From: Acaryochloris thomasi RCC1774
Lineage (GTDB): Bacteria > Cyanobacteriota > Cyanobacteriia > Thermosynechococcales > Thermosynechococcaceae
Assembly: GCF_003231495.1 (NCBI RefSeq)
Contig: NZ_PQWO01000030.1
Span: 9,522-41,521 of the forward strand
Reading direction: 5' to 3'
Length of the DNA: 32,000 bases
In this document: positions 9,062 through 17,628 of the stretch, piece after piece
How the letters are laid out: each line of letters begins with the position of its first letter
Position numbering within the stretch: the first letter of the stretch is position 1
Notes under the pieces: generated by a model
Told to the model about the DNA's origin: nothing
Database searches by the model: none
Seen by the model: the letters and a program-made list of their open reading frames with translations, nothing else
Position numbers and translations under genes: made by a program

Positions 9062-9195
9062 GTCAGCACTAAGGCCGTAAGCATCCTATCGCTTCTACTT
9101 CAATTGCTGAGAGAGGACTGCCCATCGGTAACTATGACTCGATCCTATCTTCGGCAGGTAGTGTAGGTCTCGGATAATGAAGCGGTGCAAGCTTC

Positions 9196-9339
9196 ATGGA
9201 GCTTTCCCAAATGTCAGAGCTTCAGGTCGAAACGTTGGACCCTTTGGGCCTAGTTGCTGGTGTCATTGACGAGCTGGGTTTGGTGGAACTAACCGATGGG
9301 GTGCTCGAGTTTTCAGATGTTCCCAATGTACTCCTCTAA
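9196..9339 (+). pseudogene. 47-codon relic of an IS4/IS1634-type transposase N-terminus (DUF4277-like)
   Basis: ATG 9196 to TAA 9337-9339 gives MELSQMSELQVETLDPLGLVAGVIDELGLVELTDGVLEFSDVPNVLL*. The xLDxLGxVAGxIDELGL motif is the hallmark N-terminus of DUF4277-containing transposases (recalled). The rest of the gene is absent. Confidence 0.5.
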
Positions 9340-9363
9340 TAAGGGGCTGCTGGTTGGATGCTG

Positions 9364-10236
9364 TTATGTGTAAAGGAACTGAAGTAGTGCGATCGCAAAC
9401 TCCTCAGGCGCATCTTGCTGCACCCAATGGGACGCATTCTCAATCAGTTCAAACCTAGCGCCAGGAATCTCTGTTGCCAGCCGCTGACCATCTTCAGCCT
9501 TTTGCCAAGGATCATCCATGCCCCAAAGAATGAGAGTCTGCGCTGAAATAGTTCCATGCCGATCTACTAAAGCCATTGTTTGATTTGCATTCAAAGCTGA
9601 TGCATTCCGCAACAGACTCAGCTTGCCTTCTTCACTGGCCCAAGGTGCAATAATACCCGATCGAAAATCTTCCGTCAGACGATCAGGACGGGAAAGCCCC
9701 ATCGCTAGGCTCTCTTCTAGAGCGACTCCCAAGTCTGAGATTGGACGCGGCTTCCATCGTAATGGATGGCCGAAGTCGAGCATGTCATCGTCAAAGCGGT
9801 CGTAGCAAACTGAGTTAGAAATGACGAGATGATCTACAAGCTGAGGATGCTCGATAGCTAAAATCAATGCCACTGCGCCGCCGGTATCGTGGCCCACGAC
9901 GTGAACTTGCGAAAGTCCCAGCGCGGGCAACAGTGTACAAATCATCCGGGCCTGATCTTGAAAGGATCGATCAAAGCGATCTCGCCGATCTGACCAGCCA
10001 TGTCCCAGAAAATCAGGCGCAATCACTCTGTACCCTGCCTCAACCAAAAGCGGAATTACTGCATGATAGAGATATCCCCAAGTCGGAATCCCATGCATGA
10101 GTAGGAGCGTTCCTTTCTGAGCTTCGCCAACATCTACATACCGAATGCTGACAGGGATGTGAGCAACCGTATGGGCAGGTAGCTCAATCTCTTGCTGAGC
10201 CTTTTTATATTCCAGCCAGGTTTTCCAGAGAACCAT
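9364..10236 (-). CDS. Alpha/beta-fold hydrolase, Asp-nucleophile subtype (haloalkane dehalogenase / epoxide hydrolase-like)
   Basis: 290 aa. The oxyanion region HGIPTWGYLYH resembles HGNPTSSYLWR. The nucleophile elbow VVGHDTGGAV has Asp where Ser is usual. The C-terminal NASHWVQQDAPEEF holds the catalytic His. Confidence 0.8.
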   Translation of the reverse strand: MVLWKTWLEYKKAQQEIELPAHTVAHIPVSIRYVDVGEAQKGTLLLMHGIPTWGYLYHAVIPLLVEAGYRVIAPDFLGHGWSDRRDRFDRSFQDQARMICTLLPALGLSQVHVVGHDTGGAVALILAIEHPQLVDHLVISNSVCYDRFDDDMLDFGHPLRWKPRPISDLGVALEESLAMGLSRPDRLTEDFRSGIIAPWASEEGKLSLLRNASALNANQTMALVDRHGTISAQTLILWGMDDPWQKAEDGQRLATEIPGARFELIENASHWVQQDAPEEFAIALLQFLYT

Positions 10237-10254
10237 AATGAACTGTAGTGTTGA

Positions 10255-11070
10255 TTATCTAGATTGTCGGCGCAGGCGCAGGGCATCAGCTTCCGCTTTG
10301 AAGAAAGCCGTCAGACGGCTGGCCGAATGGAGCAACTCCTTCGTGGTGGCTAATTCTTGCTGCAGTCTCTCAGCGTTTAGTTGCCTTTCTGTGCTTTCCA
10401 TCTTCAAGTGTTTGACCTGCTGTTCTAGGGTTGTATTATTCCGCTTGAGCTGCTGAACCTGTTGTTGCAGGGTCGTCTTTTCATCCTCGTGCTGCTGAAC
10501 CTGTTGCTGCAGGGTTGTCTTGTCATCACCAAGCTGCTGAACCTGCTGTTGCAGGCTAGTTTTCTCCTCATTGAGTTGTTGAACTTGTTGCTGCAGATCG
10601 GTCCTGCTGACGTTAACTTGCTCAACTTTCTGTTGAAACAAGCTGTTGTTTTGACGAAGCTGCTCTGCCTCCTCTGTGAGGGCCGCAATCTGATCTTTGT
10701 CCTGGTGAGCAAGATCTTGCAGCTTCGCAACGATGGTTCCTAGTTCCTGCTTCGCTTTCTGTAGATCACCGACGTAATGTTCCAGGTAAGCTGCTCGATC
10801 CAGTTGTTCTGCATCGGCTAGCTCCCCCAAGTTCTGCCAGTATTGGTCCGTCAATCGGAGAAGCCGCATCCGTTTAGGGCTGCCCTCAGTTCGACTAAAT
10901 AGCTGCAGATTTTGCATGAGTTCTCTCACTATTCTGAGACGGCTGCTGGAAATGAAATCTGGATACTGCCTACAGTATAGGTGTGTCTTATCTGGAGAAT
11001 AGGGTAAATTCTGCGATGAGATCATATTGCTGAAGCGGATGGGGAGTTGTTGCATCTGCAACTTGATCAA
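10255..11070 (-). CDS. Q-rich coiled-coil-rich protein with possible N-terminal ribbon-helix-helix-like module
   Basis: 271-aa ORF; alternative ATGs exist, e.g. at 10917. The N-terminal part SPKRMRLLRLTDQYWQNLGELADAEQLDRAAYLEHYV has a strand-helix-helix look. It is followed by ~150 aa with heptad character, including tandem TxLQQQVQQLxxxK units. The stop lies 18 nt upstream of the hydrolase start on the same strand. Confidence 0.6.
   Translation of the reverse strand: MIKLQMQQLPIRFSNMISSQNLPYSPDKTHLYCRQYPDFISSSRLRIVRELMQNLQLFSRTEGSPKRMRLLRLTDQYWQNLGELADAEQLDRAAYLEHYVGDLQKAKQELGTIVAKLQDLAHQDKDQIAALTEEAEQLRQNNSLFQQKVEQVNVSRTDLQQQVQQLNEEKTSLQQQVQQLGDDKTTLQQQVQQHEDEKTTLQQQVQQLKRNNTTLEQQVKHLKMESTERQLNAERLQQELATTKELLHSASRLTAFFKAEADALRLRRQSR
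10408..10617 (-). repeat. In-frame tandem repeat, ~5 x 42 bp (14 aa), within the coiled-coil gene
   Basis: On the plus strand, ctgctgaacctg[t/c]tg[t/c]tgcagg recurs at 10450, 10492 and 10534. Degenerate copies occur at 10408 and 10576. The period is exactly 42 nt. Confidence 0.85.
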
Positions 11071-11280
11071 TCGTTCGATGATATGGACCGTCTTAATTTA
11101 CTGGTTTTTGAGGTTGATGTCGGTTTTATACGTCGAAAATCCCATGATGTCTCTGTCGAGAGGATCCGTGGTGAAATTTGCGATCGCAACACCAATCCCC
11201 AAAAACCTACCTCTTTCTTGAGAGATGGCTGAGCTAGCTAGGTCGAGCTAAGCTGGCAGTGCCACAGTCAATGACACGAT

Positions 11281-14088
11281 ATGCCTCAATCACACATTGG
11301 TCTAGCCAGGAGCAGGGGAACAATGGCTTGCATTGCCGGGAACCTAGTCGCGGCTTTCGCCGTAGTGCTTCTGAATCCATGTATCAATCTAGCCAATCCT
11401 TCCGTTCTCTCTACCCAGCAGGTTGTGGCTTCAACACCCGAAATGAAGCAGTATCAGGCGGGACTTGATCTCTACAAAGAAGGCAAGTACCCAGAAGCAT
11501 TAGCGGTTTTTCGTGAAATTCAAGCCTTTTATGTACAAAACAACAATCTGAAAGGCCAGCGAGAGATTTTAATCAATATTGGCCGAGTCCATGAAAAACT
11601 GGGTCGTGCCTCTAAAGCCCTGCAAGCCTTCAATGCGGCCTTAGACATCACCCAAAAGCTTGAAGCCCCTGTTCAAGCGGGCAGCATTCTGATCAAAATG
11701 GCCGGTGTGTATGAGCTTCTGGGAGAATATGATCGCTCCTTTGCAACCTATGATCGGGCATTGCAGATTTACCGAAAGCACAATAGCCGTCGCGGTGAAG
11801 CGGCAGCCCTCACGGGGAAGGGGCTGATCTCTTTGCGGCAGGGAAAGTATACGAAGGCACTCGATTTATACCAGCAGGCCTTGCAGGTGCGCCGATTGGA
11901 AGGTGATCGCTATGGAGAAGCCATCACCTTAAGCGGTATCGGGGTTTCCTATCTGCAGCTTGGTCAGCCTCAAAAGGCTCTGGACGTTCACCAGCAGGCC
12001 TTGCGCTTGCGGAAACAGTCCAAAGATATCAGAGGCCAAGCCATCAGCCGCAGGTATATTGGGCAAACCTATGCTGCCTTCTCGCGCAACCGCAAAGCTC
12101 TTAAGCAGTACCAGAAAGCCTTAGATATCTTTCGTAATGCCAATGATTTCAACGGTCAAGAAAGAACGCTCATTCGGATGGCGGGTCTCTACAACAAGAC
12201 GGGCCAACACCAAGAAGCACTGGATCTTTTATACGAAGCACGCTCTATTGCAAAAAAGATTAGCGATCGCAAAGGTGAGGGGCTAGCCCACAGCGAGATT
12301 GGTAAAACTCAGGATCGACTGCAGCAATACTCAGAAGCCTTAAAATCCCATCGCTATGCCCTCGCGCTCCGTCAGCAGATCGGAGACCGAGCGGGCGAAG
12401 TCGAAACCCTCAGCGACATTGCTTCCTTACTTGAGCAACAGCAGCAGCCAGAAACCGCTGTCGTTTTTTACAAAGAAGCCGTTAATCAAATCGAAGATAT
12501 TCGCAAAGAGCTGACCACACTGTCCATCTCAGAGCAAGAAGCCTACGCCGATACCGTTGCCCATGTCTATCGATCTCTGGCCGATCTGCTACTTTCACAG
12601 GACAGAATTCTCGAAGCACAGCAGGTCCTAGAACTGCTCAAGGTCCAGGAACTTCGCAACTTCACGCGTGAAAGCCGCACCAATATTGAGAGCCAGGGAA
12701 TTGCCACCTATGAATCAGAGGCAATGGTGGTTGAAACCCATGACAGCCTCATCCGGTTTGGTACTGATGTCAAACAGTGCGAAGAAGCCCAGTGTCCCCT
12801 TTTAAGTCAGAAGCTCGATCAGCTCGAACAAATCAACGCAGACTTTGAGAAGACAGTCCAAGAACTAGAAGCCGAAATCCGCAGCAGGCGCGCCCAAGAC
12901 TTTAAGTTTTTTGACCCCAATAAACTCGTTCGCAAAGCAGAATCCATTTTTGCAGCTCAACCGAACACCGTCATTGTCTATCCGCTGGTTCTTGAAGACA
13001 AGCTGTGGATCCTGTGGGCGTCTGCGGGCGGTATTACCCGCAGCATTGAAGTGCCTGGGGTTGGCCGATCAGAACTAGGGCAGGCCGTTCTAGAATTTCG
13101 GCAGCTTTTACAGGATCCGAACTCTGATATTGTCCGCCTGCAGGCAACCAGCAAAACGCTCTATGACTGGCTGCTGCCCGTCGAGTTAGCAAAGGAGCTG
13201 AAGGCCAATCAAATTGAAAATCTCATTTTCTCCCTCGATAACGTCACGCGCTACATCCCCACGGATGCCCTTTTCAGTGGTGAGCGCTACCTGATTGAAG
13301 ACTATAATCTTTCGACCATCATTTCTGCTGAACTGACAGATACGACCTCCCAGTTACCCGCCACCGTTGATCAGACCCGCATTCTAGCTTTAGGGCTATC
13401 AAACCCTGTCTCGGGATTTAATTCACTGCCCAACGTCCCAGATGAGCTAGATGCGATCGTTCGAGATGCCTCTAAACCCAACGATGCAATTGGCATATAT
13501 CCGGGTCGGGAGATGCTCAATGAGCAATTTACTCGCAAATCAATGCGGGATAATCTGGGCGGGCATCAGGTCTTACACATTGCGACCCACGGTGAATTTA
13601 TCCCAGGAAATAGGGCACAGTCTTCTTACGTATTGCTGGGGGATGGGGATAAGCTACCGATTTCTGAGGTCGAAAAACTTCGAGGGCTAGGACAGATACA
13701 TTTAGTGGTTCTATCTGCCTGTCAGACAGCACTAGGAGACAGTGGTCAAGATGGCACAGAGATTAATGGGCTGAGCTATTACTTTCTAAACGGCGGCGCA
13801 AAAGCCGTCATTGCTTCCCTGTGGAACGTGAACGATCGCAGTACCAGATTGCTGATGGAGCGTTTCTATTCTCAGTTAGCTCAAAGTACGCCTCAAGAAC
13901 GGATAACGAAAGCTCAGGCCATGCGGCTCACGAAGCTTGATTTAATCTACGACCGTACAGGCCAATCGCAGCCCCGCAACGACCGTGGCCGCATCGATAT
14001 TCAAGGCAAGCCAGATTCAGGTCAGTCAAATGACTTTTCCCATCCCTACTATTGGGCACCGTTCACCATTATTGGGAACGCTTTATAG
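11281..14088 (+). CDS. TPR-repeat CHAT-domain protein (caspase-like peptidase), paralog 2, with signal-peptide-like N-terminus
   Basis: 935 aa. There is an alternative ATG at 11323 (MACIAGNLVAAFAVVLLNP is hydrophobic). It has divergent 40-aa TPR units (GEAAALTGKGLISLRQGKYTKALDLYQQALQVRRLEGDRY...). The central LLLSQDRILEAQQVLELLKVQELRNF segment is present. The CHAT dyad is HIATHGEF (His codon 13588-13590) and LSACQTALG (Cys codon 13720-13722). The tail is HPYYWAPFTIIGN. Confidence 0.9.
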   Translation: MPQSHIGLARSRGTMACIAGNLVAAFAVVLLNPCINLANPSVLSTQQVVASTPEMKQYQAGLDLYKEGKYPEALAVFREIQAFYVQNNNLKGQREILINIGRVHEKLGRASKALQAFNAALDITQKLEAPVQAGSILIKMAGVYELLGEYDRSFATYDRALQIYRKHNSRRGEAAALTGKGLISLRQGKYTKALDLYQQALQVRRLEGDRYGEAITLSGIGVSYLQLGQPQKALDVHQQALRLRKQSKDIRGQAISRRYIGQTYAAFSRNRKALKQYQKALDIFRNANDFNGQERTLIRMAGLYNKTGQHQEALDLLYEARSIAKKISDRKGEGLAHSEIGKTQDRLQQYSEALKSHRYALALRQQIGDRAGEVETLSDIASLLEQQQQPETAVVFYKEAVNQIEDIRKELTTLSISEQEAYADTVAHVYRSLADLLLSQDRILEAQQVLELLKVQELRNFTRESRTNIESQGIATYESEAMVVETHDSLIRFGTDVKQCEEAQCPLLSQKLDQLEQINADFEKTVQELEAEIRSRRAQDFKFFDPNKLVRKAESIFAAQPNTVIVYPLVLEDKLWILWASAGGITRSIEVPGVGRSELGQAVLEFRQLLQDPNSDIVRLQATSKTLYDWLLPVELAKELKANQIENLIFSLDNVTRYIPTDALFSGERYLIEDYNLSTIISAELTDTTSQLPATVDQTRILALGLSNPVSGFNSLPNVPDELDAIVRDASKPNDAIGIYPGREMLNEQFTRKSMRDNLGGHQVLHIATHGEFIPGNRAQSSYVLLGDGDKLPISEVEKLRGLGQIHLVVLSACQTALGDSGQDGTEINGLSYYFLNGGAKAVIASLWNVNDRSTRLLMERFYSQLAQSTPQERITKAQAMRLTKLDLIYDRTGQSQPRNDRGRIDIQGKPDSGQSNDFSHPYYWAPFTIIGNAL

Positions 14089-14329
14089 CTGAGCGGTCGG
14101 TGAGGCGTTGCCTGTTGCAACGATTGGAAATCGGAGCATGGGACTTGAGCTGTGCTGCACCCTCAATTTCCTGAAATTTGGATGAATTGAAGTGATACGG
14201 CGATCAGTTAGGGGGCGCTGATGATTGATGCTGAGTTGCCTCTGCAGTCGTCTGCCTTCCTCATGCTTTTGAGACATAGAGCTGTCTCGTCATTTTTCTA
14301 TTGAACTCTCGATAGCTCAATCACGGCAA

Positions 14330-14384
14330 GCCTCTGGCCCTGCCCGGGTGACTTGGGCCAGGGAGGCATCGTTTTGCGCATTTT
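14330..14384 (+). terminator. Possible intrinsic terminator ~240 nt downstream of CHAT paralog 2
   Basis: GC-rich hairpin gcctctggccc-tgcccgggtgactt-gggccagggaggc (14330-14367, one bulge), followed by atcgttttgcgcatttt. The T tract is interrupted and not flush with the stem. Confidence 0.35.
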
Positions 14385-14979
14385 CTTGGCAGAAATAAGA
14401 GTATTTCCCTCTGCGTGAGAACTTTCTCATCTAAGATTCATCTGCATCAATGCCTCTTTCCTTTAGACATAAATGATAATCATTAAATTTGCGTTAAATA
14501 ACTATGGGTTGATGGAATATTTTTCGATAAAAATTATTGAAAACCTAATCTAAGTAAATATCTATATTCAATCAATTAAAAAGTCTGCAAGAAGAGCTTT
14601 GCATATTTTCTTCTCTTCTGTGATTCCACTGAAAACTAAATAAATAAAATACAAAAGCCTTCTTTTTCCTCTGTCTGTCTGTGTTTTTGCGCCATAGCTG
14701 AGTGCTTCAAATGAGTTTGGATTTTGATTGTATATAGCTGGCATCTTACTGAGGTTGGATAAAGTTGTCTCTATTTACAAGGAGTGTTTGGGTCTAGGTA
14801 TGCACGAAAAGATTTGTTCTATTAATATTAAGTGCAGGTTAAAAGTAAGTCGATTAACCATTGTTTAGTTATTGGGACTTTGTTCCAGGTAACAACTATC
14901 TGGAGATATAGATGTGAATATACTGCACCTAAAACGCTATCGAAAGTCAGCCTCAAGACGAGTAAAGTCTTGGCTGAGG

Positions 14980-15897
14980 ATGGGACGACATCTGCAGGAT
15001 CCCGTCCGAACATCGTCCTCTGCGTTTCAGATAGATCTGGCGCTCGTCCATAGCTTGCTAGAAGGGCAGCACCCCGATCTTGCCCACTTGCAGATTTGTC
15101 ACCTTGGTACAGGCTGGCATAACACGATGTTTCGTTTAGGAGATCAGTTGCTCCTCAGGCTTCCCCGCCGCACAACGGCAGGTCCTCTGATTGAAAACGA
15201 GCAAATCTGGCTGCCACAGCTTGCGGATCGGCTACCTATTAATGTTCCCACTGCTGTTCGGGTTGGTGAACCGACACAACGCTATCCTTGGCGCTGGAGC
15301 ATACTTCCGTGGCTAACGGGGACAACGGCGGAACAAGTAAACCTGCGTACGAGCCAGGTGCAGCACTTCACCTCGTTCCTGAAAGCACTCCATGTTCCGG
15401 CACCTGCCAATGCCCCCCAGAATCCGGTGCGTGGCGTTCCTTTAAAGCAGCGATCTGCTGTATTTGAAAAACGATTCCTGCGGGTAGAGGAGCAAACAAA
15501 CCTGATTACCCGGCAGATCAAAAATATTTGGCATAGAGCTATCGAGGCACCGATGGACGGGGAACCACGATGGCTCCATGGTGATCTTCATCCTCTCAAT
15601 GTCGTCGTTAATGATGGTGCGATCTCAGGCATCATTGATTGGGGGCACATTACCTCAGGGGATATTGCGACTGACTTGGCTTCTATCTGGATGCTCTTTG
15701 CTCAGCAAAATCATCGCCAGCAGGTGATCGAAAGCTATGGCAATCTTTCGGATGCAACCCTGCAGCGTGCTCAAGGATGGGCCATTCTATTTGGTGTGGG
15801 GCTTGTGGAATCAGGACTAGTTGCTAATTCAAGCCACGCTAGTATTGGAGCTGCTACTCTGCAGCGTGTTGCTGAGGATAGCTTAGCTCTACGGTAG
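14980..15897 (+). CDS. Phosphotransferase-family protein (APH / choline-kinase-like small-molecule kinase fold)
   Basis: The ORF is open from GTG at 14914; the first ATG is at 14980. The catalytic loop is WLHGDLHPLNVVV (HxDxxxxN), followed by GIIDWGHITSGD (metal-binding Asp). The N-terminal FRLGDQLLLRLPR is typical of APH-like proteins. Confidence 0.75.
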   Translation: MGRHLQDPVRTSSSAFQIDLALVHSLLEGQHPDLAHLQICHLGTGWHNTMFRLGDQLLLRLPRRTTAGPLIENEQIWLPQLADRLPINVPTAVRVGEPTQRYPWRWSILPWLTGTTAEQVNLRTSQVQHFTSFLKALHVPAPANAPQNPVRGVPLKQRSAVFEKRFLRVEEQTNLITRQIKNIWHRAIEAPMDGEPRWLHGDLHPLNVVVNDGAISGIIDWGHITSGDIATDLASIWMLFAQQNHRQQVIESYGNLSDATLQRAQGWAILFGVGLVESGLVANSSHASIGAATLQRVAEDSLALR

Positions 15898-15914
15898 ACA
15901 GTGATCTCTTCTGC

Positions 15915-16025
15915 CCTTTGCGATCGCACTTAGCTGCTACAGACGCACTGTCTGGTAGCCTGATTCTTCAACGGACGCTGACGAACCGATCCTTTGCGAT
16001 CGCACGTAGCTGCTGCAGATGCTCT
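15915..16025. repeat. Pair of 35-nt direct repeats (31/35 identical), one inside the AAA+ gene 3' end and one in the adjacent spacer
   Basis: Copy A is 15915-15949: cctttgcgatcgcacttagctgctacagacgcactg. Copy B is 15991-16025: cctttgcgatcgcacgtagctgctgcagatgctctc. Each contains a HIP1 site. Confidence 0.8.
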
Positions 16026-17506
16026 CGCCGCGAAACCGACAGCGGAATCGTACTATCAATTTCTTGAATCATCAGCTCTGTATTTAACGGCTGGCGAAGG
16101 TAGAGCGCCCGATATAGGGCCGCAATTACCACCTGTTCAATCTCAGCGCCACTAAAGCCTTCTGTTTCCTTGAGTAGTGCCGCCATATCAAACTGACTCG
16201 GATCCTGCTTACGCAGCAATAGATGAATATTAATGATATTGGTGCGCTCTTTTACATCGGGCAAATCAACGTAGAAAATCTCATCAAAGCGCCCCTTGCG
16301 CAGCATCTCTGGTGGAATGCGAGAAATATCGTTGGCCGTTGCGACGACAAAGACCTGCTGCGATTTCTCCTGCATCCAAGTTAAAAACGAGCCAAACATC
16401 CGGCGACTGAGACCCCCGTCCTGATCACCATTGTCGGCCCCTAGGCTTTTCTCAATTTCATCAATCCACAGGACCGACGGTGCCATCGACTCCGCCAGCT
16501 TAATCGCCTGTCGAAAATTCTTTTCTGACTCCCCGACGTACTTGTCATAGAGCCGTCCGGCATCGAGCTTTAGCAGCGGCATCTTCCACTGCTGGGCAAT
16601 GGCCTTTGCCGCCAGAGATTTACCACAGCCTTGAATGCCTACGATCAAAATGCCCTTGGGTGGCTGCAGGTTGAGAGCCTTAGCCTCTGCAGTGAATCCC
16701 ACTTCGGCTCTCGCCAGCCACTGCTTGAGTCCCGAAAATCCTCCTAGCTCCGCTCGATTTTCTTGGAGCGGAAAATACTCCAGCACTCCCCCTTCACGGA
16801 TAATCTGGGCCTTACGATGGACAATCCGATCCACGTCGCAGGCCGTGAGCTTGCCGTCATCTAAGGCGGCATAGGCTAATACCTGACGCGCCTGCTTGAT
16901 GGTCATGCCGCTCAGGGCCTGCACCAATCGCTCACCATCTTCCTGCTGTAGATCGATCTGCGTTCGGTGCTTTTGGCGCAGAACGCGCACCATATCCTTG
17001 ACGGTGTAGGCAAACTCATCTCGCCCCGGCAGCTTCAGATCAAAATACACCGCGTCGTGGGCGACTTCCTTGGGGAGTTGAACATCGTTCCCGGTCAAAA
17101 TGAGCGCCGAGCGATTTTGAGAAAAAAGCTGCGCCACTTCTCGCAGATGGCGAACGACTACTGGATCATCAAGATGTTTTGTAAAATCCTTAAGCCAGAA
17201 AAGGGCCTTAATGGTCATATCTTGCAGATGCTGCAGGACTGCTAACGCTTCGGCTGTATTGCCAATGGTGGTGGGTTTGATGGTTCCCGGTGGCGCATAT
17301 TCGTTGACCCAAGGGGCATCCATTGTTCCTGGAGAGCGAATTAAACCCTGGGCGGCGCTCCATTCAAACAAAGGCATTGACATATCTTGAGTTACCTTCT
17401 TCAGCAGCCCCTGCACGCGCTCCTCTTCTACCGTCTCAATCACAATGATGGGGTGAAAGGACAGGATCAGCGTTTGTAGATTGCGAATGGTGACCGATAT
17501 CGGCAT
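15968..17506 (-). CDS. AAA+ ATPase with Ycf46-like architecture (N-terminal helical domain plus a single classic AAA module)
   Basis: 512 aa. Walker A is [16 protein letters not shown] and Walker B is [10 protein letters not shown]. The second region of homology is [32 protein letters not shown]. The N-terminus ([19 protein letters not shown]) resembles Ycf46-type proteins of cyanobacteria and plastids (recalled). Orthology versus paralogy is unresolved. Confidence 0.8.
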   Translation of the reverse strand: MPISVTIRNLQTLILSFHPIIVIETVEEERVQGLLKKVTQDMSMPLFEWSAAQGLIRSPGTMDAPWVNEYAPPGTIKPTTIGNTAEALAVLQHLQDMTIKALFWLKDFTKHLDDPVVVRHLREVAQLFSQNRSALILTGNDVQLPKEVAHDAVYFDLKLPGRDEFAYTVKDMVRVLRQKHRTQIDLQQEDGERLVQALSGMTIKQARQVLAYAALDDGKLTACDVDRIVHRKAQIIREGGVLEYFPLQENRAELGGFSGLKQWLARAEVGFTAEAKALNLQPPKGILIVGIQGCGKSLAAKAIAQQWKMPLLKLDAGRLYDKYVGESEKNFRQAIKLAESMAPSVLWIDEIEKSLGADNGDQDGGLSRRMFGSFLTWMQEKSQQVFVVATANDISRIPPEMLRKGRFDEIFYVDLPDVKERTNIINIHLLLRKQDPSQFDMAALLKETEGFSGAEIEQVVIAALYRALYLRQPLNTELMIQEIDSTIPLSVSRREHLQQLRAIAKDRFVSVR

Positions 17507-17628
17507 AGCAGCATTTTGAAGACATCTCTTTCCTCCAAGATGCCCGATTATCTCAGAGATAGATCGAAAAAGTTGGGGAGGGGGGTTTCATTTTCCCGGG
17601 CTTTGGGGGCAAAATTAAAACAGAAAAT

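Noticed and set aside
606-14088. TPR-CHAT proteins as part of a type III-E CRISPR (Craspase/Csx29) system
   Set aside because: There is no gRAMP/Cas7-11, no other cas gene and no CRISPR array anywhere in the window. Both proteins have export-like N-termini. Only the domain architecture is shared.
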